This document shows positions 48,650 to 60,739 of a stretch of 64,000 nt of DNA, piece by piece (the stretch's first letter is position 1; each line of letters begins with the position of its first letter). Where the stretch lies: NCBI RefSeq assembly GCF_963921235.1, contig NC_086097.1, positions 98,954,001 through 99,018,000 on the forward strand. Reading direction: 5' to 3'. The stretch is from Mobula hypostoma (Eukaryota). A model generated the notes under the pieces. The model did no database searches, was not told the origin of the DNA, and saw only the letters and a program-made list of their open reading frames with translations. The translations under genes and the position numbers were made by a program.

Positions 48650-51370
48650 AAACCTGAGATTAATGGAGATCAGGATGAAAACACTCTGATGGTTGTGGTC
48701 ATACCTCACACAAAGAAAGCTGGTTTTGGTTGATAAAGGTTATTCTTCCAGTCTCGGGCATCTCCACAGGAACTGTGTCCTCGATCCAGCCATCTAGAGC
48801 TGATTCCTTCCTTCCATCATAAGGTCAGAAATGAAGGTGTTTGCTCATGATTTCACAAAGATCCGTTCTGTTTGTAACTTTGTAACCCATGTCTACATGC
48901 AGCAAGACCTGGATACCATCCAACATTGACTGTAAAGTGGTCAGTACCATTTGTACCACTAAACTGCTATCTCCAACAAGGAGAAGATTAACCGTCCAGC
49001 ACTGATGTTGAAAGACATTTGATGTTAATACCTTCAGCACCCTGCTCCAACAAGGTTTGATCAGAAACTCAATTGGACCAGACATAAATACTGTGATTGC
49101 AAGAAAATGAGAGAGGCTGGAATCTCATCTCCTGATTCTCCAGACCCTGTCACCTATCCATAAAGTGTGTCAGGAGTGTGATGGAACGGTCCCCACATGC
49201 CTGCATGAGTTCAGCTCCAGCAGTTCTGAAGGAGACCAACACCCATCAGAACAAAACGGCCAGCTTCATTGGTATCCTCCACCTTCCGATCCCTACACCA
49301 TATACACCCAGTGTATACCATCTGCAGGTTGTTATAGTTGGGGGTGGTAATGGGGACAAGCTCCCACTGCCAATTAATTGCTCTCATTGGCGTGTGCCTG
49401 AATAGTCCCTGACAACCAAGTCTGGCTCCGGGCCTTCACATGTGGCTTAGATACTAAGCTCGGTGGAACTGTTTCTACCGACAGGAGTCGGGGCAAAAGC
49501 AGGTTACTGGGGCCTTAAAACTAGTCGCTTCGGGCAGATGGGTCTTGTCAGCCGTGGTTGGCAGCTCACCCAGGGGAAGGAAAACTCTGATCTCAAACCT
49601 CTGCTGCCTTGCAGTTATACCCATCATGGGGAAACTTCGGGAGTGAAGCCCAAGGGAAAAATCTGCAACTGGAGTCCCGAAGGCAGTCCCACATCGAGTT
49701 CAACAATGACTGGCAACTCCTGCGATATTGCTGATACCAAACTCTGCCCTTCCTTTGGGTTAATCAGATGCATGGAGACGGGGAGTTTGCTACACAGGCA
49801 TCAGCTTGCTCTCCATATCGTACTGGCTTGTGTACCTAGACAGCTAGGACTCAATATCCATGGCCACCTCTGACTGGTGGAGGCCCTCACTCCCTCATAC
49901 TATCTACAAAATGCGCTACTCATTCCTAGGTCTGCCCGGTGTTGGTGTGGTGGCATCCACACTGGACTTCGAGGTGAGTGGTTCTGGATTTGAATCCAGC
50001 TGCCCCCTTGCATGCCTTCCATCCGTGCTGGGTTTAATGTCCAGCTAGCAAGTCGGCCTCGTTAAAAAACAGACAAATGCTGAAGAAAAGGCACAAGGCA
50101 CAGAGAGGAACAACTACAACAATTTCTAGAAAGCAGTAGGATGGAATATTCTCCACTCGTCTGGACAAGCTCAAGTCCAACAACAGTCTAGAGGTTCAAA
50201 TGCATCGAGAAAAGCAGCAGATTCTTTGATTAGTACCCCAACAGTCACCCTCAGCATTAACTCCCTCTTGTGTGTACTGTCTACAAAATACAGCACGTTA
50301 TTAACAGTGTATATTAACAGTCACCCTCAGCACTAACTCCCGACTGTCTACAAAATACAGCACGTTATTAACAGTATGTACTAACAGTCACCCTCAGCAT
50401 TAACTCCCTACTGTCTACAAAATACAGCACGTTATTAACAGTATGTACTAACAGTCACCCTCAGCATTAACTCCCTACTGTCTACAAAATACAGCACGTT
50501 ATTAACAGTGTATATTAACAGTCACCCTCAGCACTAACTCCCTACTGTCTACAAAATACAGCACGTTATTAACAGTATGTACTAACAGTCACCCTCAGCA
50601 CTAACTCCCTACTGTCTACAAAATACAGCACGTTATTAACAGTATGTACTAACAGTCACCCTCAGCATTAACTCCCGACTGTCTACAAAATACAGCACGT
50701 TATTAACAGTGTATATTAACAGTCACCCTCAGCACTAACTCCCTACTGTCTACAAAATACAGCACGTTATTAACAGTATGTACTAACAGTCACCCTCAGC
50801 ACTAACTCCCTACTGTCTACAAAATACAGCACGTTATTAACAGTATGTACTAACAGTCACCCTCAGCATTAACTCCCTACTGTCTACAAAATACAGCACG
50901 TTATTAACAGTGTATATTAACAGTCACCCTCAGCACTAACTCCCTACTGTCTACAAAATACAGCACGTTATTAACAGTATGTACTAACAGTCACCCTCAG
51001 CATTAACTCCCTACTGTCTACAAAATACAGCACGTTATTAACAGTATGTACTAACAGTCACCCTCAGCATTAACTCCCGACTGTCTACAAAATACAGCAC
51101 GTTACTACTTAAAGGTTATATTCAAGGAGTTTCAGCATCCTCAGCCTTTACCACCATGATGAACAACACAGATGCAGTAGGTGCCTGCAGATTCCCTTCC
51201 AGTCATACTCCATCCTGACTTGGAAATAAGTCACTGTTCCTTCATCGTTGTTGTCTAAACCCTGGAACTCACTCCTCCGCAGCACCTTGCTCAGAAAGAC
51301 TGAAGTCATTCAAGAAGAGAGCTTCTCAAGGGAAATTAGCGATGGGCAAAAAATAGTCATGCTTGGCAAA
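48650..51370 (+). mobile_element. Highly decayed LINE (same lineage as 34160-35310), interrupted by insertions at about 49330-49890 and 49940-50120 and by a 67-bp array
   Basis: Colinear patches: ggtcatacctcacacaaag, tctcatctcctgattctccag, atggaatattctccactc, ccatcctgacttggaaata, agggaaattagcgatgggcaa. Confidence 0.6.
50242..51105. repeat. 67-bp minisatellite, about 13 copies
   Basis: Unit CAGTCACCCTCAGCA(C/T)TAACTCCC(T/G)ACTGTCTACAAAATACAGCACGTTATTAACAGT(A/G)T(G/A)TA(C/T)TAA. Starts at 50318, 50385 and so on to 51055. The first copy is 76 bp. Confidence 0.96.
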
Positions 51371-51479
51371 TGGTCTCTGGACTTGTATGAATGCCTCACC
51401 TTGAACTGCTGCCCATGTCCGCTGTATTGATCCTATCTAGAACACACATATCCCTGTGGGAGGTTAAAGCTTTGTCGAG

Positions 51480-51960
51480 TGATAGAGCAAAGCAATATGG
51501 AAATAGACGCTTCAGCCCAGCTTTCCACGCAGAGCAGAAGGCCCATCTAGGCTAGTCCCATTTGCCCATACCCCTCTAATCGCTCCTCTCCATGTAACTA
51601 TCCAAAAGGCTTTTAAGTTTTTTTAGTGTCCTGATGAAGGGTCTCAGCCTGAAACGTCGACTGATTTGCTCTTTTCCACAGATGCAGCCTGGCCTGCCGA
51701 GTTCTTCCTGCATTTTGTGTGTGTTGCTTTGGATTTCTAACATCTGCAGATTTTCTCTTGTCTTTTAAGTGTTGTTTTTGTACCTGCCTCAACTGCTTGC
51801 TCTGGCAACCCTCTCCACATGTACACCACTCTCTGCTTGAGGAAGCTGCCCCTCAGGTCCGATACAAATCTCTCCCTTCTCACCTTAACCCTATGCCATG
51901 TTGTTTTAAAATTCCTTTCCTTGGGAAAAAGACCGCACACACTCACCTTATCTATGATTT
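51480..51960 (-). mobile_element. CR1 3' fragment interrupted by a pLTR piece
   Basis: GLFPKERNFKTTWHRVKVRRERFVSDLRGSFLKQRVVYMWRGLPEQAVEAGT. Confidence 0.75.
51628..51761 (+). mobile_element. Penelope pLTR fragment with minimal hammerhead (51628-51661)
   Basis: GTC-CTGATGA-AGG-GTCTCAG-CCT-GAAA-C-GTC-GAC. Direct repeat CTTTTAAGT at 51610-51618 and 51762-51770. Confidence 0.8.
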
Positions 51961-52573
51961 TTAATGTCAAGAAGACTCAAACAAGAAGTACTGTACAGTA
52001 TTGTGGTTACTCCTTCCAGCATAATTACTTGCCAATCTACCCGAGTGGTGCTGACAACATAACTTTGGCCTTGTGTTCTGAACACCACAGACTCAATTAG
52101 TAACAATACGATCAAGCCATTCTTGGTGAAACACTGAAAGGACATTCTGTGCTCGGATTGCTTATGCACCTTTTACCAAATTCAAAGCAGAGCATGGAAT
52201 TCGTAACAGAAATATGGGGAGACAATACTGAGGATACTGAGGAACATAGGAAGTGCAGGATACCAGGGAGAATGGAGAATTGAAAAGGGAGCCACATCTT
52301 GTACTCAAAGAGTGCTTTTAACATAGTTGATATCCCAAGGACAAATATTGATCAAGAGGAAAGAAATTAGTTGTATAATGTTAGTGAAGCACAAGGTGGA
52401 TCAGACAAGGTTAGGCTGGAATACAAGATGATCCACCTGCATCCTGTAAATATTTCAGCACTAATTCCTTTCCCTTTGCTCTCTCTAACGTTTCAGCCAG
52501 TACCTCTACTTTACTGATGTCCTGAACCTTCATGTTTGGGTTCAATGCTGACCACCTCAATCTCTCAACTTAC

Positions 52574-52830
52574 CTCTGGAGTACAATATCAATTCTGTCA
52601 TGAATTTCCTCAGCTAGGAAGTGTTTTTTGCAAACAAACTCTTCAGATTGGTCGAGAAGCCCCTGCATCCTTTCCACATAGTTGTTGATATCTTCCTCCA
52701 GGTCTTGCTGTTTGTTGAGAAGGTTCCTCATGGAGACCAAGTCTGTGCCATGGGCTGGATGATCCAGCTGTTTCTCCACTTCACTGAGCCACTCCTCCAC
52801 ATCCTCAATGCTCCGCTGTAAGTTCAGGGC
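52574..52830 (-). CDS. SPTBN5: SPTBN5 exon: ALNLQRSIEDVEEWL...RIDIVLQ
   Basis: Acceptor CCTTCTCTTTCGTTGTGGAG|GCC (rare GAG), donor AG|GTAAGT. 257 nt, phase 0 to 2. Confidence 0.87.
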
Positions 52831-53546
52831 CTCCACAACGAAAGAGAAGGAACCATTAATAATTGACCTCTAGGAACACCCTACTCAGCAGTGGCACGTA
52901 CAGGCACCTGCTTCCCATGAACACCTTCCCACCTAACGTGCACAATCTCTTGGCCACATCAGACTTGGTCCCTTCCCACCAGTAGGACAGATCCTGACAA
53001 TGTTTCCCCCCCACCCCCCGGACAAGGGCTCTTAACTTTCTATGTGTCATATTGACTTTAGAGACCAGAATGGGATGAACAGCCTGGGGTTGCTGTGCTC
53101 AGCACGGCCCACGGGATTACTCAGTTCCCAATGATGCAGCTCGAGGCCACATATGACTGGTTGCCTCAAAGGCTTTCCTTGGTGGTGCGGAAGTTTTCCG
53201 TACCTCTGGTTATGGATGGCTTCAGGCAAATGTTGAAGTAGAACTGCCTGGGCCTGCTCATTCAAAGCACACTTCACTGGTTGATATGGTAATCTTTATC
53301 AAAAGTATTTCCAGAAGTGTGTGCTGAGTAGAAGGAACAAGTGGTGCAATAATCTGAGGAGGGAGTGGCAAGGACTTTTCCCGGTGGTGACACTCCAGCT
53401 GCTGATGCACACTGCATGCACTCACCCACAGAGGATGTGTTGGAGGGGAGGTGGAATTAGGTCAACGCACGGTGGACAATGTGGATCTTGTGCACAGATG
53501 CTGCAGGATCACCAAGTGAGATCGATGGCCAGCAAGACTCTCGTAC

Positions 53547-53684
53547 CTTCAGCGTGTCCATCAGCTGCGACTTCTTCTCACAGCAGTGCTGCACCAATTC
53601 ATTCCACAGGTCCTGAATCTGTTTAATCCTGGGCTCAATCTCATTGACTGCGTAATGTCCTTCGCTAACCAATTGCTCCCCTTC
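53547..53684 (-). CDS. SPTBN5: SPTBN5 exon: EGEQLVSEGHYA...CEKKSQLMDTLK
   Basis: Acceptor TTGTAG|GAA, donor AAG|GTACGA. 138 nt, phase 0 to 0. Confidence 0.9.
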
Positions 53685-53927
53685 CTACAATGGAGTACAG
53701 TGAAGAACACGGTTATCAGTAACCAAACACCAGACTCACCCAACACATCATGCAGAATGGCACTGACCTCAGCCCACACTCCACAGGCTGAGTACAAACC
53801 TTGCTTCCTGCAGCCCTACACCACCCAGAATGAGCTGTAATCTCAAGGTCTTATAGTGAGGGCTTCCAATTCCTTGTGAGAAATCTGATGGGTGATCTAA
53901 GTTAGTTAATGCTGGGTAATGATAATT

Positions 53928-54295
53928 GGGCGGCGGGGTGGAGATACGTCTCTACCAAGGGAGACATAAGGCGCTCCTTCCCTCCGTTAACCTGTGGGTC
54001 ACCCTTGGGCAAGGTGTAGCACCTGCTCATCCCCTCCCGATCAGGTCACGTGAAGCCATGGGAGCAGGGGGGTGGAAGGTCGTATGAGCAGCACAAGTCC
54101 TGGTTATGCGACCACCGATGCCAATCTCTGAAGAGTATTGATAATGTTCGGGGTCACTTGTCTTGGAAAGACACTGCTCAGAAGGAGGCAATGGAAAAAC
54201 CACTTCTGTAGAAAAGTTTGCCAAGAGCAATCATGGTCATGGATGAGACCGTGATCACCGACGTCAATACTACATGACACATAAAGACGATGATG
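53928..54295 (+). mobile_element. Short retroposon with RTE/BovA-like 3' tail
   Basis: cagaaggaggcaatggaaaaaccacttctgtagaaaagtttgccaagagcaatcatgg and a GAT-repeat tail. Near-identical flanks AATGATAATT (53918-53927) and AATGATAGTT (54296-54305). Confidence 0.55.
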
Positions 54296-54832
54296 AATGA
54301 TAGTTAACTGATGTAACAGGATTGCAAGGGGGAGGGGGAATTAACAAGATTAGCAAAATGTTGTAAAAGCAACCAGTTAATCTCATTCCCTAAATCCTCT
54401 TCCTGTAGCCTTGACAAGGGTCCACAGCGCTGGTATTTAAGTATCTCAGCTATGAGCTGCAAGAGCTTTATATGTTGTGGAAATTCTCTGGGAGATTTGT
54501 CTAGGTCGAGTTTACAGTCAGTGAACATCTGTTTAATCGATTGGAAACTTGGAACTTAAATAAAGCTTATTATATAGGCATGAGAACTGAATTGGCTAAG
54601 ATAGAAATTAGATTAAAATGTTGGCTGCTGCATAAATAATGGCAAACATTTAAGGAAATACTTTAGAAATTCTCAACAAATATACATTCCATTAAGAAAT
54701 GGAAAGGGAAATGACTCTTTCATGTCTAAGGAGATTAGTAAAGAGGTGAATGTTCTGCAGGTGTGTGGCTGAAGCAGAGGTGGGGGGAGCCTTGGTTGGG
54801 CTGGTAGTAGAAACACACGTAGAAGCTCTTAC

Positions 54833-54979
54833 TGCATCAATGCTCCGGATCCTGTCTTGGTTTGCCATGACCTCAGTCTCAAAGGTTTGGTGCTTCTGCA
54901 GTTTCCCCTGCAGGTTGCTAGGGTCCATCCAGTTCTTGTCCAGGGCAACATTGATCTTTTCATTCAGCCAAGACACAGC
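54833..54979 (-). CDS. SPTBN5: SPTBN5 exon: AVSWLNEKINVALDKNWMDPSNLQGKLQKHQTFETEVMANQDRIRSIDA
   Basis: Acceptor TTTTCTTTCAG|GCT, donor GCA|GTAAGA. 147 nt, phase 0 to 0. Confidence 0.92.
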
Positions 54980-56244
54980 CTGAAAGAAAAGAGCAGAAAA
55001 CAATTGGTGAAATACTGACACAGTGCTTATCCCTTTGCCGTTCGCCTGACCTCTTTTCCCTCAGGTCATTGTTCCAGCAAACCCTTCCTCTCGGATGGAT
55101 GTAACGTTTCCCGTGGTGAAGGTATGTATCCAATATCCCTCAAACTACAGCTGTGAAACCTGTTACCTTGTCGCTCTGCTGGCTCTGGGAGCTTGTTGTG
55201 CACAATATAGCTGCTGCCTTTCTCGTGCTACAAAGGTGACTCCGTCACAAAATACCTCAGTGAGCATGGTCCTCAAACCTCTTTCTCTCTGGTCTTTCCA
55301 CAGAATTTGTTCTCTCTGCTCTTCTGAACGTACGGTGTCATCTCATATATTATAGGACAGAAATACTGGGGGCCTCCACCTCCAACACTCCCATGAGGTG
55401 CAGCACCACAGAAGAGGCAGCCACTACCACTTGTGGTTTGGTGCATGGACCACACACTTAGTAGCTGCAGTTCTCTGACACACAGACCCTATACTCACGA
55501 TATGAAACTCTTGAGGAAGTAATAGTGAACAGATTTCTTCATCTTATGCAACACTACGCTGTTGGTTAGGGAGTTCCAGTAGTTAACCTCTGGAAGAACA
55601 ATGACATACTTCCAAGAAAGGATGGTGTGTCTTGGAGAGGAATCTGCAGCTGTCGATGCTTTGTTGCTCCAGTATTCTGTTGCTTCTGTAAATACGGATT
55701 TGTTTATTTTAAACAGTGGTGATGCCCAGAATGTTGATGACAGGGTGCTTGAAGATCAGATTCTTTCAGGCATGGCTATCACTAGGAACACGTTCTGTCA
55801 CTGCTGTACTTATCAGCCACACTGGGATTCTGCATGCCGACACAGGTTGCTTCATTTTCCGAGGAGTCGTGAGTGGACTTGGTCCAGATGCAGGTAGATG
55901 GGACCAGGCCGATGATCTGGTCAGCAGGGCCTATATGGGCCAAAAGGCCTGTTTCTGTGCTGCCGTACTCTATTACTGTCATGGACACCTCACTTCTGGC
56001 CTTGCGATGGAAGGAAGGTCGTGGGTGAAGATAATTGGGCCTCAGACCTTGCTTGAGGAGATCCAGAGGCCAGGATGATTGGCCTCAACAGTGACAATTT
56101 CCTTCTTTTGCATGAGGTTTGACTCAGCACAGAGCTTTCTCTGACAAATTCAATCAGATTTCTGTTTTACCAGGGCTCCTTAATACCACACATGGCTAAT
56201 GCTATCAGATGCTCTGAGTAATCACTCTTATCTTGCCTCTGAAG

Positions 56245-56804
56245 TAGGGTTGCCAACTTTCTCACTCACAAATAAGGGACAAAAGTAGCAGTCAAATACG
56301 GGAAACTTGTGTTTACCCTGAGAAAGACGACCATGACCATGAAGCCTTGCGCGGACACCCGTGTGCGTATGTGTGCTGCGCACATACATGACGTGCATAT
56401 GCGTGTACATGCCAATTTTTTTCTACAAATTGGTTTTGGCTTAATCTTCCTGATTCTGTTAAGTGAAACTACACTGTACATACATTATTTCTACTTTATA
56501 TAGGCTGTGTATTTATCATATTATTCCTGCTTTTACTATACGTTAGTGTTATTTTAGGTTTTATGTGTTATTTGGTATGCTTTGGTAGGTTATTTTTTTG
56601 GGTCTGGGAACGCTCAAAAATTTTTCCCATATAAATTAATGGTAATTGCTTCTTCGCTTTACGCCATTTTGGCTTACGAACGGTTTCATAGGAATGCTCT
56701 ACCTTAGCGCGGAAATACAGGACAAGGGCGGTCCCATATGGGACAAACCAATTTAGCCCAATATGCGGGATGTCCCAGCTAATACGGGACAGTTGGCAAC
56801 CCTA
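56245..56804. mobile_element. Non-autonomous hAT DNA transposon (560 bp)
   Basis: Perfect 14-bp TIRs TAGGGTTGCCAACT / AGTTGGCAACCCTA. 8-bp TSD CTCTGAAG / CTCTGGAG. Subterminal AATA.GGGAC-type motifs, no ORF. Confidence 0.9.
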
Positions 56805-56937
56805 CTCTGGAGTTCAGCTTGCCTGAACGAACGATTAGTATCATGCTTTGATGTAGCTGTCGATTTGCCGCTGAGGGTCAGTCACCTTTCTGTGCAAGTG
56901 AGGTCACAGAATGGACAGAAACCAGCATCACCCACTT

Positions 56938-56986
56938 GAGAGAGAGAGTGAGGGAGACGGGGGGTGGGGGAGAGGGGGAGAGGGGG

Positions 56987-57031
<45 letters not shown>

Positions 57032-57194
57032 GGGGGAGACGGGGGAGAGGGGGGGAGAGAGAGAGAGAGAGAGACGGGGAGAGGGGGAGAGGGGGGAGAG
57101 AGAGAGAGAGAGAGAGAGGGAGACGGGGGAGAGGGGGAGAGGGGGGAGAGAGAGAGAGAGGGAGATGGGAGAGAGGGGGAGAGGGGGGAGAGGG

Positions 57195-57234
<40 letters not shown>

Positions 57235-57253
57235 TGGGGGAGAGGGGAAGAGG

Positions 57254-57315
<62 letters not shown>

Positions 57316-57322
57316 AGAGAGA
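56938..57322. repeat. (GA)n / GGGGGAGA polypurine microsatellite
   Basis: About 380 bp that are almost entirely purine on the + strand. Confidence 0.97.
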
Positions 57323-57939
57323 AACAAAGCCTTTGGTCCACCAAGTCCACACCCACCATCTGCAACTAATCTTATATTAAAACGTTTTTTTTGTTCTTTC
57401 CATATTCCCATCAACTGCTCCCGGATTCTGCCACTCACCTTCACAGTAGGAACAATTTCCCTGGTGGCCAATTAGCTTAACAATGGCACGTATTCAGGAT
57501 GTGAGAGGAAGCTGGAGTACCAGGGGTGAGAGGGACAACGTTCAAGTTCCAAGGTGAGGATTGGACCTAGGTCTCTGGTGCTAAGAGGCAATGGCTCCAT
57601 TAGGGACTCTACTGAGTAGTGCTAAGCTGAAGATGCTGTTAAGAGTCAACCACATTTGTGGTCTGTAATCACATATAGGTTGATCCAGAATAAGGTTTTT
57701 TCTTCCCTTCCTAAAGGACATTAAATGGATTTTTACAACAGTCTGCTAGTTTTCGCTGCCAACGCAAACTTTTTTTTGCTCCTGGTTTATTTGATCATAT
57801 TTAAAATTTCTCACCTACCATGGCAGGATTTGAACTCGCATCCCAAAATCAATGGTCCAGAACTCAACGTGCAAAGCTTGTAACTTGACTACTACACTAC
57901 TACACCCTTCCTGCTTTAAATTTAAATTCTCCAGCTGCC

Positions 57940-58320
57940 ATGATGGACAAGAGAAAGGGAACCAAAAATTAAAGGGCATGGGTTTAAGGTAAGAGGGGAA
58001 GATTTAAAAGGGAGCTGAGGGGCAACTTCTTCAGGCAGAGGGTGGTGCTTGTATGGAACAAATTGCCGGAGAAAGTAGGTGAGGCATTTAAAAGACATTT
58101 GGACCGGCACGTGAACAAGGAAAGCTTAGAGCAGGGGTTCCACCCTGGGGTACACGGAGCCCTTGGTCAATGGTGAGGCTCTATGGCATAAAGAAAGGTT
58201 GGGGACCACTGGTTTAGAGCAACAAAACATGGCAAATGTGACCAGCTTAGCTGAGTATCTTGGTAGCATAGATGTGTTGGGCCAAAGGGCTGTTTCTGTG
58301 TAGCATTACTCTATGACTCT
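57940..58320 (+). mobile_element. CR1 3' fragment
   Basis: aagggcatgggtttaaggtaagaggggaaga..ttcttcaggcagagggtggtg..tggaac, with tail ctctatgactct. Confidence 0.72.
58132..58211. mobile_element. 80-bp hAT (Charlie-type) miniature element inside the CR1 fragment
   Basis: Ends CAGGGGTTCC / GGGACCACTG. 8-bp TSD GCTTAGAG (58124-58131) and GTTTAGAG (58212-58219). Confidence 0.7.
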
Positions 58321-58689
58321 TTACCACGAGTGAAATAAATTCCTCAACTCTTCTTGAATACTCACACCGATGAAGTTAATATAACACAGAGAAACGTTAA
58401 CCTACATACCAAATGAAATAGATCCTTCCTCATTGTTCCATCTAGGGCTCTTAATATTACAACACCTTGATTGAACTTACCATTTGTATTCCAAAGAAAA
58501 CAACCAGGCCAAGGAAATCTTTCCTCACAGTTACTTTTCTCCAGCCCTGAGGATGTCCTTCTAAAGCTTCTTTATGTCTTTTCTGATGATATCGCATCCT
58601 TCCTGAGATCAGTTGTACAGAAATGTACCCAGGACTCTAGCACTGCTCTGACTAGCATTTTCTACATTTCCACCATGAATGTACGTGGT

Positions 58690-59275
58690 TTGGATCATAA
58701 GTTTGGAGACTTAATGCAAGTTGATAGAGTTGTAGGTGGTGAAGAAGTTGTTTAAGTATACATTGACACATATATCACCCGGAAAATGGAAGAGTGGTGG
58801 CAGATAGAATTTAATCCAGAAAAAGGTGTGGCAGCAATGGAGATAATGCAGAAAAGATTCACCAGGCTAGACCTGGAATGGAGAGATTGGAGAGGTCGGT
58901 TTATTCTCATGGAATGTAAGAGACTGAGAAGTGACCGTAGAGAGACTTATGAGGGCCATAGACAGGCTTGATGGTCAGAATCTCAGCAACAGGGCAAGGA
59001 GTCCAGAACTAGAGGGCACAGGTTTAAGGCGAGAGGGGAAAAGTGTAAAGTAGATCTGAAGGGTAGGTTTTGCGGTTATCTCAACAAGTGACAGAGGAGG
59101 TGGTGGAGACAGATAAGATTATGTTTAAGAGGCATTTGAACAGTTACGGATAGGAAAGGCATGGGAATATTGGTTTAATGTAGATGAATGGCATTGCTTG
59201 AATCATCACCACGGTCAGCATGATCGAGGCTCATGAGAGACAGTTTCTATGCTATATAGTTGGATGATTCTATGA
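58690..59275 (+). mobile_element. Degenerate CR1 3' fragment
   Basis: WQIEFNPEK, MQKRFTR, and agaactagagggcacaggtttaagg. Confidence 0.65.
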
Positions 59276-59769
59276 ATTCTGTCTTTAAAATCCATGCCAT
59301 TTAAACAACATACCTTTAAACTTTCAAATCTCTTTGCTGACTTATCCAATGGTCCCCTGTTCCTGGAATGCCCAGTACCTTCCCACGTCTTGCTTACTTC
59401 CTTCACTTATTTGCACTCCCATAATTAACTACCGCAAGCTCCTCTGTACTGAAATCTATTTGCCTCTTTTATTCCAAGCCAGCCAGTTCATTAACATTTT
59501 CCCGTACTCGATGGGTTTCTTCATTATAAACTTTCTGGTGTTAATTCTACTCCAATGATACAGGAGCAAAGGAACCCAAGACTAAGTCAAACGGATATTA
59601 CATTATTAGATGAATTATTTCATTTTTGAATCATACCCTCTCGTTACCAAGGGAGGAATTCAATTCATTAATGCTGATGAACATCAACTGGTTTAACTCA
59701 GTTTATTAACAATATTTGAATTCTCTCTGGCTTCACTGATTTTGAACTTCACTGGCCTCATCGTCATTG

Positions 59770-60053
59770 AGATAAAGCACGGAACATCTCCTCCCAACCC
59801 TTCCGGCCCTCCGAGCTGCACCTCCCAGTAACCCCTGATCTAACCCTAGCCTAATCACAAGACAATTTACAGTGACCATTTAACCTGTGAAACAGTATGT
59901 CTCTGGACTGTGGGAGGAAACCAGAGCACCCGGAGGAAACCCACGTAGTCAAGGGGAGAACGTACAGACTCCTTACAGACAGCGGTGGGAATTGAACCCA
60001 GGTCGCTGGTACTGTGAAGCGTTGTGCTAACCACTACACTACTCTGCCACCCC
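59770..60053 (-). mobile_element. tRNA-derived SINE (V-SINE/HE1-like), best-preserved copy
   Basis: Minus strand reads GGGTGGCAGAGTAGTGTAGTGGTTAGCACA..CCTGGGTTCAATTCCCACCGCTGTCTGTAAGGAGTCTGTACGTTCTCCCC..GGTTTCCTCCGGGTGCTCTGGTTTCCTCCCACAGTCC. Confidence 0.85.
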
Positions 60054-60362
60054 AACTATGTTCCCACAACCTATGGATGCACTTTCAAAGACTCTTCATC
60101 TCATGTTCTCGATATTTGTTGCTAATTTATTTATTTATTATTAATATCTTTTTTTTGTATTTGCACAGTTTGTGTCTTTTTGCACACGGGTTGAAGGCTC
60201 AAATTGGTGCAGTCTTTCATTGATTCTATTATGGTTATTGGATTTATTGAGTATGCCCGCAAGAAAATGAATCTCTGGGTTGTCTATGGTGACATATATA
60301 TACTTTGATAATAAATTTACTTTGAACTACTGGTACTTCGGTTTTGTAAAGATGCTCTTTAC

Positions 60363-60453
60363 CTCATAGGAGCTTCTTAGGAAAATCTGCAGCTGTTTGG
60401 ACTGGTCTAGGAGCTTCCTACGATGCTCACAGTTTTCCAGTAACTTTTGTTTT
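60363..60453 (-). CDS. SPTBN5: SPTBN5 exon: (R)KQKLLENCEHRRKLLDQSKQLQIFLRSSYE
   Basis: Not in the ORF track, found manually. Acceptor TTTTGTCTCTCAG|A, donor GAG|GTAAAG. 91 nt, phase 2 to 0, exactly bridges the flanking exons. Confidence 0.9.
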
Positions 60454-60739
60454 CTGAGAGACAAAAGCAATAAAAATGAAAACCCATGAATGCATTACAA
60501 TAGGCAACAACCAGACACAGAACTATTGATTTAAAGCTTGGGAGAGGGAAAGGGAGAGGCTGAAGAGGCCACAGAAGTTGTTGAACATATTCTGAGCCCA
60601 TTTCGACCTTAAAGGGTAAGTTCTACAGTGTTCTTGACCATCGGTAAAAACGCTGTGAGAAAAGGAAACAAGAGTACACAGGTCTCATAATATTTACTGT
60701 TTGCATCTTGTTCTGATGTAGCGTCAATCAGGGTAAAGA

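Noticed and set aside
56878..57475. RE-rich and SL-rich ORFs
   Set aside because: (GA)n microsatellite translation.
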